Virus record (IMG/VR): IMGVR_UViG_3300036987_000522
Location: 1 to 42,064 of that record
Length of the DNA stretch: 42,064 nt
Strand: one strand, 5' to 3'
DNA from: a virus
Lineage: Duplodnaviria > Caudoviricetes
Of the stretch, positions 25,742 through 35,767 are shown piece after piece. The notes beneath the pieces are model-generated. The model was given only the letters and a program-made list of their open reading frames with translations, ran no database searches and was not told the origin of the DNA. The translations under genes were made by a program, and so were the position numbers. Within the stretch, counting starts at the first letter, position 1. Each line of letters opens with the position of its first letter.

Positions 25742-27330
25742 TGCCGCTTACCTCAAGAATGATCGTTGAGAAACGGTCGACGTTTCATGTGTCACAAAGC
25801 CCGCCTGGCTGGGTGGTAAAGGGATATGGGCAAGAGTCCTACGCGGGAGAATACGTGACTGTGGAAGGTGCGCTGAGTGTGGCTTCCGTCCTCTCTGCTT
25901 TCACAATTCTGATGGAGGACACTGCCAGCCTGCCGCTGATCACATATCGCAGGTTGAAACGAGGCAAAGAGCGGGATGTCAACAGCCCGTATTACATCCT
26001 CCTGCACGATATGCCAAACCCAGAGCATACAAGTCTGGTGTACCGCGAATTCATCATGGGACATTTACTGGGGTGGGGGAACCACTACAGCCAGAAGATA
26101 TGGGATCGACGCGGCATCCTGCGTGAGCTGTGGCCATTGCGGCCTGATCGCATGCAGGTCATTCGCAAAGATGGACAGCGCCAATATATCTACCGCGAGA
26201 TGAATGGCAACCAGCGCACGTTTCGTCAGGAAGATATATGGCACATCCCTGCATTCGGTTTCGATGGGTTGATCGGATATAGCCGCATCACACTGGCGCG
26301 TAATGCGATCGGTTTATCGATGGCGGCAGAAAAGTTCGGGAGTAATTTTTACAAGAATGGTGCGAACTTTGATATTGCGATCACTCATCCAGGGGAACTA
26401 TCTGATACCGCCTTTGAGCGCCTGAATGAAGACCTCAAAGAAAAACACACGGGTGTTGAGAATAGCCACAAGCCCATGATTCTGGAAGAGGGGATGAGCA
26501 TCGAAAAGATCGGCATCCCACCTGACGATGCTCAGTTTATCGAGACCAGGCGCTTTCAGTTGGGCGAAATTGCGAGGATGTTCCGTGTTCCGCCACACAT
26601 GCTGGGAGATGTGGAACGGTCAACCAGCTGGGGCAGTGGTATTGAGCAGCAGGAACTTGGTTATTTATCACACACGCTGCGTCCGTGGCTAAAACGTATC
26701 GAGCAAGGCGCACATAAAGACCTATTGCTTGAGTCTGAGCGCAAGGACACAGTTATTGAGCACCTGGTTGAGGATTTCCTGCGGACAGATATCGGCGCAC
26801 GCATGGCTGCTTATGTTTCTGCGATTACCAACGGCATTATGACCCGTAACGAAGCCCGTGAACGCGAAAACCTGATTCCGTTGGATGGCTTGGACCGCAT
26901 ACTAATGCCATTGAACATGACCACGGTCGAAGAACCAGGGAAGAAGCCTGTTCTTGCCAAAAATAAACGAGCATTTGATCCATACCCATTTATTGTGGAT
27001 GCTGCACGTCGAGCCATCAGGCGCGAGTCGAAGGAAATACTAGATGCCGTAAAACGCTGGATCGACAAAGACAAGCCTGAAAAGTTTTCATCCTGGCTTG
27101 AGCAGTTTTACAAGGATGATCATCGTGCATTTTTGCGGAAGATATTCGAGCCTGTGCTGGATGAGCGTGTAGACAGGCTGATCACTGACTACTGTGAGGT
27201 ACATGGCGAGGCCATCTTCAACGCCATGTCAAACAATAGTAATTTTGCACAATTAACGCAAACCTGGATGGACGTTGTGCCTGTTGAATTTACCGAATCC
27301 ATATTGAATGAGGAGATGGACTATGACTAA
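25741..27330 (+). CDS. Portal protein, HK97 family
   Basis: ASLPL, WPLRPDRM, DGLIGYSRI, DAQFIETR, IARMFRVPPH, MTRNEAR. Confidence 0.95.
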   Translation: MPLTSRMIVEKRSTFHVSQSPPGWVVKGYGQESYAGEYVTVEGALSVASVLSAFTILMEDTASLPLITYRRLKRGKERDVNSPYYILLHDMPNPEHTSLVYREFIMGHLLGWGNHYSQKIWDRRGILRELWPLRPDRMQVIRKDGQRQYIYREMNGNQRTFRQEDIWHIPAFGFDGLIGYSRITLARNAIGLSMAAEKFGSNFYKNGANFDIAITHPGELSDTAFERLNEDLKEKHTGVENSHKPMILEEGMSIEKIGIPPDDAQFIETRRFQLGEIARMFRVPPHMLGDVERSTSWGSGIEQQELGYLSHTLRPWLKRIEQGAHKDLLLESERKDTVIEHLVEDFLRTDIGARMAAYVSAITNGIMTRNEARERENLIPLDGLDRILMPLNMTTVEEPGKKPVLAKNKRAFDPYPFIVDAARRAIRRESKEILDAVKRWIDKDKPEKFSSWLEQFYKDDHRAFLRKIFEPVLDERVDRLITDYCEVHGEAIFNAMSNNSNFAQLTQTWMDVVPVEFTESILNEEMDYD

Positions 27331-27985
27331 AACCACAAACCTTGAATTGGAGCGCCGTTACGTTGAAATGACGTTACGAGCTGCAGGTGATGAGCAAAAG
27401 CCCGTCATCGAAGGTGATGCTGCAGTATTTGGAGTTGAAACCATAGTGGGGCGTTGGTTTCGCGAAAAAATTCGATCAGGCGCATTCGCAAGAGTCCTGT
27501 CAGAAAAGCCAGATGTGATTGGTGCTTTCAATCATGACTGGAGCATGGTACTTGGACGCACTACGGCAGGAACTTTGAAGCTGGAAGAAACTGACAAAGC
27601 CCTGCGTTATTCAATTGACGTCAACCCCAATGACCAGCAGGCCATGAGCGTGTATGAAAAAGTGAAGCGTGGAGATGTGAGTCAATCTTCCTTCGCCTTC
27701 ACGGTCCGCAAAGAAGAGTGGACAGAGCCTGCTGATGATGAAGCTCTCGCTTTGCGTGAAATTGTCGAGATCGGAAAGTTGTTTGATGTCGGGCCCGTGC
27801 CATTTGCGCAATATCCTGAGGCAAGCGCACAAGCCCGTTCAAAATCTGAAACGTTTATGCATGATCCATCTACTCAGGCTGCATCAGGCGATGCAGAAGA
27901 GTTGGGCAAGCGCCAGAAGGCACGTCGCCGTCAGGTTGATCTTGTAGAACGCTCTATCTATTCAGCAACAGGAGAAAAACTATGA
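27323..27985 (+). CDS. Prohead protease, HK97 family
   Basis: FREKI..GAF, NHD, LGRT, SSFAF, PFAQYPE. Confidence 0.92.
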   Translation: MTKTTNLELERRYVEMTLRAAGDEQKPVIEGDAAVFGVETIVGRWFREKIRSGAFARVLSEKPDVIGAFNHDWSMVLGRTTAGTLKLEETDKALRYSIDVNPNDQQAMSVYEKVKRGDVSQSSFAFTVRKEEWTEPADDEALALREIVEIGKLFDVGPVPFAQYPEASAQARSKSETFMHDPSTQAASGDAEELGKRQKARRRQVDLVERSIYSATGEKL

Positions 27986-29181
27986 ACGAACGAGAATTGT
28001 TAGCGAGGCGTGCCGCTTTGATTTTGCAGGCACGCGGCATGCTCGAAAAATGCGAAGCCGAAAAACGTGACTTCGACACCACCGAGCAGACCAATTATGA
28101 CGCCATCTTTGCAGATGTCGCCAAGATCGATGTCAAGATCGAAAACCTGCGCAAGCTGGGCACAGTGGATTCGGAGGAATTCCGTTCCAGCGAGCCGATT
28201 CGTCCTGAATCTGGACGCAGTGCAGAGGAGGCGGATGCCGAGAGGCAGTCTCGTGCCATGCAGACCTACATGCGCACAGGCGTTGTGGCTCCTGAACTGC
28301 GTGCATTGCAGGCTGATTCGGATGTTGCAGGTGGTTTCCTCACCACTCCGCAACAGTTCGTCAATCGCCTGATCCAGGCGATCGACAATCAGGTGTTCCT
28401 GCGTCAGTGGGCGACCCCCAATACAGTAACCACCGCTCAGTCGCTTGGCATGCCTTATCTGGCGAATGATCCCGATGACGCCGACTGGACAAGCGAACTC
28501 GGCACTGGGAATCAGGACGGATCCATGTCCTTTGGGAAGCGTGAGTTATTCCCGCACCCGTTGGCCAAGCGCATCAAGATCAGCAATAAACTCCTGCGCC
28601 TCAACCCTGACGTCGAACAGCTGGCAATTACCCGTCTTGCCTATAAATTCGCTGTTTCGTTCGAAAAAGCAGGCATGGTTGGTAATGGCGCAAATAAACC
28701 GCTGGGCGTATTCACGGCCAGCGTCGATGGCATCAGCACAGGGCGTGATGTCAGCACGGACAACACCACCACTGCCTTTACCGCGGATGGTTTGAAGAAT
28801 GCCAAGTATGCCCTCAAGGGCGCCTATTGGCCGCGCTCCAGGTGGGTGTTCCACCGTGATTCAGTCAAGATGCTTGCCAAGCTCAAAGACCTTGAAGGAC
28901 GTTACCTCTGGCAGTCATCCATCCAGATCGGACAGCCCGACATGCTCGAAGGCATTCCGCTGTTCACCAGCGAATATGCGCCGAACACGTTCACCTCGGG
29001 TCTGTACGTCGGTATTCTGGGCGATTTTTCCTACTACCACACTGCCGATGCGCTCGATTTTGGAATGCAACGGCTGAACGAGCTGTACGCCGAAACGAAT
29101 CAGACTGGCTTCATTGGCCGTATGGAAACAGACGGCATGCCGGTGCTGGAAGAAGCGTTTGTTCGCGTGAAACTCGCGTAA
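27982..29181 (+). CDS. Major capsid protein, HK97 fold
   Basis: Delta-domain coiled coil, GGFL.P, GNGANKPLG, LKDLEGRYLW, GDFS. Confidence 0.95.
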   Translation: MNERELLARRAALILQARGMLEKCEAEKRDFDTTEQTNYDAIFADVAKIDVKIENLRKLGTVDSEEFRSSEPIRPESGRSAEEADAERQSRAMQTYMRTGVVAPELRALQADSDVAGGFLTTPQQFVNRLIQAIDNQVFLRQWATPNTVTTAQSLGMPYLANDPDDADWTSELGTGNQDGSMSFGKRELFPHPLAKRIKISNKLLRLNPDVEQLAITRLAYKFAVSFEKAGMVGNGANKPLGVFTASVDGISTGRDVSTDNTTTAFTADGLKNAKYALKGAYWPRSRWVFHRDSVKMLAKLKDLEGRYLWQSSIQIGQPDMLEGIPLFTSEYAPNTFTSGLYVGILGDFSYYHTADALDFGMQRLNELYAETNQTGFIGRMETDGMPVLEEAFVRVKLA

Positions 29182-29186
29182 TTGCT

Positions 29187-29226
29187 TTTTGTTGGTGCGG
29201 ATCGATCATGATTCGCACCAACAAAA
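29187..29226. terminator. Inverted repeat after capsid gene (terminator or stabilising hairpin)
   Basis: TTTTGTTGGTGCGGATC / GATTCGCACCAACAAAA. Confidence 0.5.
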
Positions 29227-29242
29227 TAAAAAGGAGATAGTC

Positions 29243-29653
29243 ATGAAGGATTTACATAATTCAATCAAAACATCGCGCGCGATCAGCCCGGTCTCTGTGG
29301 CTGATAACACGGCTGCCGTCAGTCAGATTTTGGACACCGCCAACTTCAACGCCCATGAATTGATCATCGCAACAGGCTCGATTGCTGATGCAGATGCCAC
29401 ATTTGCTGTGCTGATCGAAGAGGGCGATGCATCCAATTTGAGCGACGCCGCAGCTGTGGCGGATGCCGACCTGCTTGGCACGGAAGCACAAGCTAGCTTC
29501 CAGTTTGATGATGACAATGAGACCCGCAAGATTGGGTACATTGGCTCGAAGCGTTATATCCGTGCCACCATCACACCCACTGGGAATGCCAGTGCCGCGT
29601 TGATCTCTGCGGTATGGGTGCAGGCAGGCGCACGTGTCCTGCCGCAAGCGTAG
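29243..29653 (+). CDS. Putative capsid decoration/auxiliary protein
   Basis: Ala-rich beta protein directly after MCP; GYIGSKRYIR. Confidence 0.6.
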   Translation: MKDLHNSIKTSRAISPVSVADNTAAVSQILDTANFNAHELIIATGSIADADATFAVLIEEGDASNLSDAAAVADADLLGTEAQASFQFDDDNETRKIGYIGSKRYIRATITPTGNASAALISAVWVQAGARVLPQA

Positions 29654-29665
29654 TCAGGTGATGGC

Positions 29666-29917
29666 ATGAGGATCAACCTGTCAACCCTGTATGCAGGCCC
29701 GCGCGGCAGCTATGGACCGGGTATTTGTGATGTTCCTGCGGATATTGGGCAGGAACTGATTGAAGCAGGCGTGGCAATTCCGGTCAAGATGGAAACTCGC
29801 GTGAAGCCGCAGAGTGATGAGACCCCACGTGCCACCCGTGGACGTGGCCGGTCTGCTTCCAAGGCTGAGCCCTCTGGTGAAGAAGGCGCATCTGATGAGG
29901 AAGAAGCCAAAGGTTAA
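29666..29917 (+). CDS. Small head-associated hypothetical protein
   Basis: PG..DV....LI.AG.A pattern common after capsid genes. Confidence 0.55.
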   Translation: MRINLSTLYAGPRGSYGPGICDVPADIGQELIEAGVAIPVKMETRVKPQSDETPRATRGRGRSASKAEPSGEEGASDEEEAKG

Positions 29918-30000
29918 GGAATAGCGGGCGAACTGGCCGCCCGTTTACCACGTGGGTCAGGTTGACCACCTTCCCAACCTGACCCACACCCCGAGAGTCT

Positions 30001-30540
30001 ATGAACCTGACCGTCATTACCCCACCTGAAGAAGAGCCTGTTTCTGTGGAAACGGCGAAGCTGCACATGCGCGTGGATCACAGCGCAGATGATGCGTTGA
30101 TTCAAACGTACCTGGTAGCTGCACGTGAGTATGGGGAAGGATTGGCGCGTCGTGCGTTTGTGACCCAAACCCTGCGGCTGGTGGTCGATACCTGGCCCGC
30201 AGTTCTGAAACTGCCAAGGCCACCATTGCAATCGGTGGAGTCGGTGACCTATCTGGACAGTGATGGTGTAGAGCATGAGTGGACTGACTTCACTATGGAC
30301 AATCGCAGTGAGCCCGGCCGGGTGATTTTTAATTCCACCCCAAACACATTGTTGGCAGAGTCTGGAGCGATCTCGGTGGAGTTTGTCGCAGGGTATGGAA
30401 CTGCTGCTGCTGTTCCATACGGGTTTGTCCAAGCAATCCTACTGACTGCAACACACTGGTATGAGAATCGTGAAGCAGCGATGGGTATCCCAGCAGGCGC
30501 AAAGGCTCTTTACATGGCGAATCGTGGGAGCTGGTTCTAA
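30001..30540 (+). CDS. Head-tail connector (gp6-like)
   Basis: EPVSVETAKLHMRVD..DDALI; HWYENRE. Confidence 0.85.
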   Translation: MNLTVITPPEEEPVSVETAKLHMRVDHSADDALIQTYLVAAREYGEGLARRAFVTQTLRLVVDTWPAVLKLPRPPLQSVESVTYLDSDGVEHEWTDFTMDNRSEPGRVIFNSTPNTLLAESGAISVEFVAGYGTAAAVPYGFVQAILLTATHWYENREAAMGIPAGAKALYMANRGSWF

Positions 30541-30890
30541 TGGACTTGAACATCACGATTGCTGACCTGCGCGATCGTATCACCTTCCAATCACAGACCA
30601 TCAGCAAGAGTCCTGGTGGGGGGCAGGTGACAGCCTATGCCAATGTCGCGTCCAATCCAACCGTCTGGGCGTTGGTGGTTTACGACCACGGGCAGACCAT
30701 CGTTACCAACGAGGCCGAGAAGGCAGAGCAGCGTGCAACAGTAACGATCCGCTACCGCATTGATGTGTCTGATAAATGGCAGGTGCTGATCGATGGAAAC
30801 CCGTGGAAGATTATCAGCCCGCCTGACCATGTGCGTGGAAAGAACCGCTGGACCGTCTTTCGTGTCGAGCGTGTGACAGGGACGGTCTGA
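30540..30890 (+). CDS. Head closure / head-tail adaptor
   Basis: LRDRITFQ..VWA..TIRYR. Confidence 0.8.
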   Translation: MDLNITIADLRDRITFQSQTISKSPGGGQVTAYANVASNPTVWALVVYDHGQTIVTNEAEKAEQRATVTIRYRIDVSDKWQVLIDGNPWKIISPPDHVRGKNRWTVFRVERVTGTV

Positions 30891-31288
30891 TGAAAGGTGC
30901 GCTTTCCTTCAAAGGATTGGAAGAATGGATGGAAGACCTGGCTGCTGCAGGTGAAAGCGTAGACGATGCGGTCACAGAGTTGCTGGGTGAAACTCAACCG
31001 TTCATCGAAGAAGAACTTGTCGCGCAGCTGAAAAAGACTTCAGAGGAATACACAGGTCAAACCGCTTCAACCATCCAGGTCAGTGGAGTCCAACAGGCAG
31101 GTAATTATCTGTTTGTCGAAGCGACGGTGGGCGGCAGTGAGGCTCCCCAGGCAGTTTACAAGGAATATGGTACGTCCCGCCAAGTTGCTGAACCCTTCGT
31201 GCGCCCGACCTTTCGTGGCCATCGGCTGAAGAACAAACTCAAGGAAGGCATGAAGAGCATTATGCAAAGGTTCGGACTATCCAAATGA
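30890..31288 (+). CDS. HK97 gp10-family tail component
   Basis: KGLEE..EYGTS..EPFVRP. Confidence 0.75.
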   Translation: MKGALSFKGLEEWMEDLAAAGESVDDAVTELLGETQPFIEEELVAQLKKTSEEYTGQTASTIQVSGVQQAGNYLFVEATVGGSEAPQAVYKEYGTSRQVAEPFVRPTFRGHRLKNKLKEGMKSIMQRFGLSK

Positions 31289-31629
31289 CGACCATCTTCG
31301 AACGTGTTGAGACTGCTCTGGGCACCATCAGCCCAGCTGTGCCTTTTGCATTGGCACCCTATAAAGGCGACCTGCCCAGCGCGTACATCGTGCATCAGTT
31401 GATCAACTCGCCACCAGAGCAACATGCCGATAACGAAGAAACAGAACGGTCATATACCGTCCAAGTCACGCTGTGGGACAAAGCAGGCATCCCATCCATA
31501 ACCAGTGTGGACGCTGCCATGAAGGCGGCAAATTTTGAAAAAGGCGACGTGCGCCAGATCCCGCAGGATCCACAGACACATCACTACGGGCTGGCGGTCG
31601 AATATGTTTATTTTGAAACACAGGAGTGA
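31285..31629 (+). CDS. Tail terminator/completion protein
   Basis: Position; YIV..HADN..VQV pattern. Confidence 0.65.
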   Translation: MTTIFERVETALGTISPAVPFALAPYKGDLPSAYIVHQLINSPPEQHADNEETERSYTVQVTLWDKAGIPSITSVDAAMKAANFEKGDVRQIPQDPQTHHYGLAVEYVYFETQE

Positions 31630-31634
31630 TACCC

Positions 31635-32555
31635 ATGACAAAACAATATAGTGTTGTTGGAGTCGATCGAGCATATTATGCACTGGTCACTCAGGACGAC
31701 AAAAACGGCTATGTGGTTGGTACGCCCAAACAGTTGACCCAGGCGATGGAGCTCAAAGGCACCACTGAAGTGTCGCGTGAGGATCAATATGCCGACAATG
31801 CGCTGCATGACGCCGCATTGGCGGAAGGTCCCACCACATTTGAAATGATCGGACCCAACATTGCCGAGGATGTCATTGCAGAATTGCTTGGTGAAGTCTA
31901 CGACACTGCCAGTGGCCGCATTTTTGATGATGCAGATGCCACGCAGGTCGTCTATTTTGCATTTGGCTACCGCTTCAAAAAGCGGAATGGTAAATACCGC
32001 TATCGCTGGTATCTGAAATGCCAGGCTGAAAAGCCGGGTGAGGAGGCTGTCTCCGAGAGCCCCACTCCCAACCTGAAGCCATCCACCCTGAAGATCTCTG
32101 CATACAAAACGATCTACGAATTCGACCTTCTCGGCGATGGATCGCGGATGAGTGGCGTAAAGCGTGTGCGTGGAGATGAAGATCTTCCCGACTTCGATGC
32201 GTCTGTCTGGTTTGATGCCGTGCAGATCCCTGTGGCTGGTACTCCAGATGCATTCAGCGTCTCTTCAAGCCCGGCGGATGGAGCAATTGACGTGTTGGTC
32301 GAGGCAAACATCGTGCTTACGTTTAGCAATGCCCTGGCTGGCGGACGCGAGGCTGGCATTGTGCTGGTCAATGCGGATACACAAGCACCAGTGGCTGTAG
32401 CTCGCACGATCAATGATGCACGCAAGATTGTTACGCTCAACCCGTCCTCCGATCTGAGTGCTACCACTGATTACCTGATCGTTGTTCACGATGTAGTGGA
32501 TATTCACGGTCAGGCATTGGCAAATACGGTGATCAACTTCACCACAGAGGCATAA
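31635..32555 (+). CDS. Major tail protein (phi13-like) with C-terminal Ig-like (Big_5) domain
   Basis: YADN, YFAFG, YRYRWYLK; SSPADGA..IVLTFS..TLNP..L..TDY. Confidence 0.82.
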   Translation: MTKQYSVVGVDRAYYALVTQDDKNGYVVGTPKQLTQAMELKGTTEVSREDQYADNALHDAALAEGPTTFEMIGPNIAEDVIAELLGEVYDTASGRIFDDADATQVVYFAFGYRFKKRNGKYRYRWYLKCQAEKPGEEAVSESPTPNLKPSTLKISAYKTIYEFDLLGDGSRMSGVKRVRGDEDLPDFDASVWFDAVQIPVAGTPDAFSVSSSPADGAIDVLVEANIVLTFSNALAGGREAGIVLVNADTQAPVAVARTINDARKIVTLNPSSDLSATTDYLIVVHDVVDIHGQALANTVINFTTEA

Positions 32556-32560
32556 ATCAA

Positions 32561-32590
32561 AGCGGCAGCTGTTGTGGAACGGCTGCCGCT
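32561..32590 (+). other. Hairpin after major tail gene
   Basis: AGCGGCAGCTGTT-GTGG-AACGGCTGCCGCT, no U tract. Confidence 0.5.
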
Positions 32591-32608
32591 AACAGGAAGG
32601 AATCAACC

Positions 32609-32998
32609 ATGACAGATTTATTAAATCTTAAATTGTACGGGCCGAATGATGAAGTGTCCCGTGAATTGACGCGCTCAATTATTCCCTGGGGAATTCTGGA
32701 GAAGGCGATTGACTTGCAAGAGCAGTTCCAGGATATGAATGTCGATGCGCAAGGTAATCCTCAAAATATCTCGCGTGAAAAAATCGCTTCACTCACGGAA
32801 TTTGTGATCTTTGTATTCGATGACCAGGTCACTGCAGATGAACTGAAGCGATATGCCAGCCTGGGCGATATGTTTGCCGTTTACACGCAAATATTTGCTA
32901 TGGTCACAAAGGTCATGGAGAAAAACCCTATTACAGCCCTGACGCCGACGGACGAGAGTCCGCAGATGGTGAGGCAGGGCAAGAAACGAAAAAGATAA
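32609..32998 (+). CDS. Tail assembly chaperone (gpG-like)
   Basis: Between MTP and TMP; contains slippery A AAC CCT. Confidence 0.75.
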   Translation: MTDLLNLKLYGPNDEVSRELTRSIIPWGILEKAIDLQEQFQDMNVDAQGNPQNISREKIASLTEFVIFVFDDQVTADELKRYASLGDMFAVYTQIFAMVTKVMEKNPITALTPTDESPQMVRQGKKRKR

Positions 32999-33180
32999 GC
33001 AACTGGGCACGCAGGATCAAATACACCTTGCTGGAAATGGGCAAGATTGGAAGCATGCGTGAAATTGAATTGACTGATATGCGGAGCGTGCTGCACTTCA
33101 TGATCGAATATCCGATTTTCAAAAATGAAGATGTGCATCAAGCGCACGTTGTCTTTGGCGATGAAACGAATTTTGCATAA
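32609..33180 (+). CDS. Frameshift-extended tail chaperone (gpGT-like, -1 shift near 32923-32929)
   Basis: -1 frame is open from the slippery site to TAA 33178-33180, which overlaps the TMP ATG. Confidence 0.7.
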
Positions 33181-35612
33181 TGACCGAAGCTGCTGAAAAA
33201 CTCTCTGGAAGACTAGGAATAGACACCACCGATTTCAAAACGGGTATCCGTGAAGCGAATCGGGAACTTCGTGTTTTGGAGAGTTCCTTCAAAGCGAGTG
33301 CTGCTTCGCTTGGAGATTGGTCAAAGGATGCCGCAGGGCTGGAGATGCGTATTAAGTCACTAACCAGCCAAATTGAGATACAAAGGCTCAAGGTAGCAGC
33401 GCTGCAGGAAAATTACGAAAAGATTGCCCGTGAACAGGGTGAGAATAGCAAGGCTGCCAAGGAAGCCCAGATTGCCTGGAACAAACAAGCAGAAGTTCTT
33501 GGCAAGATGGAGAGGGAGCTGGGGCAAACTGAGAAAGCGTTGGTTGATGTAACTAACGAAACAAAAGATGCTGAAAGCGCAACGAATAAACTCGGCAGGT
33601 CGCAAGATAAAACGACTGGTTCGACCAGTCGCATGTCTCTAGCTCTTGGAGGACTTAGAAAGATGGCTGGCGCTACTGTTGGTGCGTTGGCAAATCTCAC
33701 TAGGCGGGTGGCCAGCATGGCTGTTGGTCTTGCGGTAAGTGCTGCCAAAATAGCAGCTGCAACAGCAGTGGCAACAGGTGTGTTGCTTGCCTCCACAATT
33801 GGACCCGCATCCGATCTAAACGAAACCCTGTCAAAATCAGAGGTCGTCTTTGCAAGCATGTCGGAGTCTGTAATTAAGAACTCAAAGGCGGCAGCCAATG
33901 AGTTAGGTATCGGACAAAAAGCCTACCTCGATTACGCCTCTGCAGTCGGTGCAGCACTTACAGCTGGCGGTATGGGTATTCAGGAGGCGACCAGTCTCTC
34001 TGAACGCGCGGTCGAACACTTCGCCGACCTGGCAAGTTTCCACAATGCTGAAGTACAAGATGTAGCTGAGTCGTGGCAATCAGCAATCCGTGGCTCGTAT
34101 GAACCGATTCAGAAATACTTCCCGTTCATCACAAACGAATACCTCAAAACGTATGGGACAGCCAAAGGTCTGATTGATGAGAATACTCAAAACCTGACAG
34201 CCAACCAGCGTGCCATTATTCTCAATGCCATTGCCTTGGATAGTAAGCTCAACCCTGCACTGGGCGATTTTGCGCGTACATCAGATGGTTTGTCGAACCA
34301 GCAGCGCATTTTGGCTGCGCAAGTTGAGAATGCCAAGACGAAGATAGGTTCTGGCTTATTGCCAGTGGTAACCAAACTTGTAACTGCGCTCAATATGTTT
34401 CTGGCGAGTGAAACAGCACAGGCTGGTTTGGATAAGATCAAGACCACGCTTGAAGGATTTGGTAACACGCTGGGCACGTTGCTCGATTCATTTGAGGGTA
34501 AGGATTTTGACCTGGCTACCTTCATCGGCGGTTTGTTTGGGGGACTGGACACAAAGTTAAACCTCGTCGATTTTGGTTTAAATATCGTCAACTCCATCGT
34601 TGACTCAATCATCGCCAGTGTTCCGAATATCCTCCCTGCCGCACTTGGCATCCTGCAAAAGTTGGTCGAATTCCTTACGCAGGGCTTGCCAGCTTTAGTG
34701 ACAACTGCCATACCAATGCTGCTCTCACTGATCACAGGCATTGTGGAGGCGTTGCCAATGCTCGTGGATGCTGCACTCCAGATCATACTTGCCCTGGCGA
34801 ATGGTTTGACGCTGGCATTGCCGACACTCCTGCCAACCATTGTGGGTGTCATTCTGCAGATCGTAATGACCTTGCTGGAAAATCTGCCGTTGATCATCGA
34901 TGCAGCCTTGCAACTGATCATTGCATTAGCACAGGGATTGGTAGCAGCACTGCCTGTGTTGATACCAATGATCCCCAAAATTGTTGAGGCTATCTATTCA
35001 GCACTGCTTCAGGCTTACCCAATGATTTTGTTGGCTGCCTTGGAGCTAATCAAGACCCTGGCGTTCGGCATCCGTGACAACATCCCTGTTGCCTTTGATG
35101 CCATCGTGCAGCTGATCAGTGTCATCTTGAATTATTTATTCACCGATATGCCAAGGATGTTCCGTGATGCTGGTAAGGCGCTTGTGCAAGGTATCTGGCA
35201 GGGCATCAAGGAAAACATGCAGTGGCTAAAAGATAACTTCGTCGGTGCGGTCATGAGCATGGTTGGATCCGTCAAAAAGGCGCTGGGGATCAATTCCCCG
35301 GCCACGTATCTGGCAGATGAAGTTGGTGAACACATGCCAACTGGTATTGGACAAGGCTTCGATAAGTCCATGCCCAAGATACGTCAGCACCTGGTGCGCT
35401 CCATGCTGGGACTGGCGAATGATCTCAAGACCACGATTGAAGTTCCCAAGTCAATCACGGGCGGGGCTCCATTGGCCACAGCTGCAGCAGGAGCATCAGT
35501 CTCCATTGGCGATATTTACGTGGATGCGCGTGGTGCGAAGGATCCCAAGTCTGTTGGCAAAGCCGTGGGTGATTCGTTGATCGATACTTTGCGATCAAAG
35601 GGAGTGATCTAA
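33180..35612 (+). CDS. Tape measure protein
   Basis: 810 aa, Ala/Leu-rich helical repeats, LGINSP C-terminal motif. Confidence 0.9.
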   Translation: MTEAAEKLSGRLGIDTTDFKTGIREANRELRVLESSFKASAASLGDWSKDAAGLEMRIKSLTSQIEIQRLKVAALQENYEKIAREQGENSKAAKEAQIAWNKQAEVLGKMERELGQTEKALVDVTNETKDAESATNKLGRSQDKTTGSTSRMSLALGGLRKMAGATVGALANLTRRVASMAVGLAVSAAKIAAATAVATGVLLASTIGPASDLNETLSKSEVVFASMSESVIKNSKAAANELGIGQKAYLDYASAVGAALTAGGMGIQEATSLSERAVEHFADLASFHNAEVQDVAESWQSAIRGSYEPIQKYFPFITNEYLKTYGTAKGLIDENTQNLTANQRAIILNAIALDSKLNPALGDFARTSDGLSNQQRILAAQVENAKTKIGSGLLPVVTKLVTALNMFLASETAQAGLDKIKTTLEGFGNTLGTLLDSFEGKDFDLATFIGGLFGGLDTKLNLVDFGLNIVNSIVDSIIASVPNILPAALGILQKLVEFLTQGLPALVTTAIPMLLSLITGIVEALPMLVDAALQIILALANGLTLALPTLLPTIVGVILQIVMTLLENLPLIIDAALQLIIALAQGLVAALPVLIPMIPKIVEAIYSALLQAYPMILLAALELIKTLAFGIRDNIPVAFDAIVQLISVILNYLFTDMPRMFRDAGKALVQGIWQGIKENMQWLKDNFVGAVMSMVGSVKKALGINSPATYLADEVGEHMPTGIGQGFDKSMPKIRQHLVRSMLGLANDLKTTIEVPKSITGGAPLATAAAGASVSIGDIYVDARGAKDPKSVGKAVGDSLIDTLRSKGVI

Positions 35613-35767
35613 TGCGAGGGCTACGCTTTTTACAGTTCACAAGCATGCTGATCCTGACACCATTGTGGATTGTCCTCACTGCGGTGATGGCATTTCTGGA
35701 TGCGGATTGGACGTGGAAACTGATCGGCGATATGGCTGAAAAGGCTGGGTATCACCGCCATGTATAG
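35612..35767 (+). CDS. 51-aa single-TM peptide (not in ORF track)
   Basis: TAATG-coupled to TMP, GGAG upstream; MRGLRFLQFTSMLILTPLWIVLTAVMAFLDADWTWKLIGDMAEKAGYHRHV. Confidence 0.5.
   Translation: MRGLRFLQFTSMLILTPLWIVLTAVMAFLDADWTWKLIGDMAEKAGYHRHV

Noticed and set aside
25781-25796. CGTTTCATGTGTCACA, parS-like site at portal start (also partial sites near 10279 and 26815)
   Set aside because: One half-site mismatched; not counted among the nine sites
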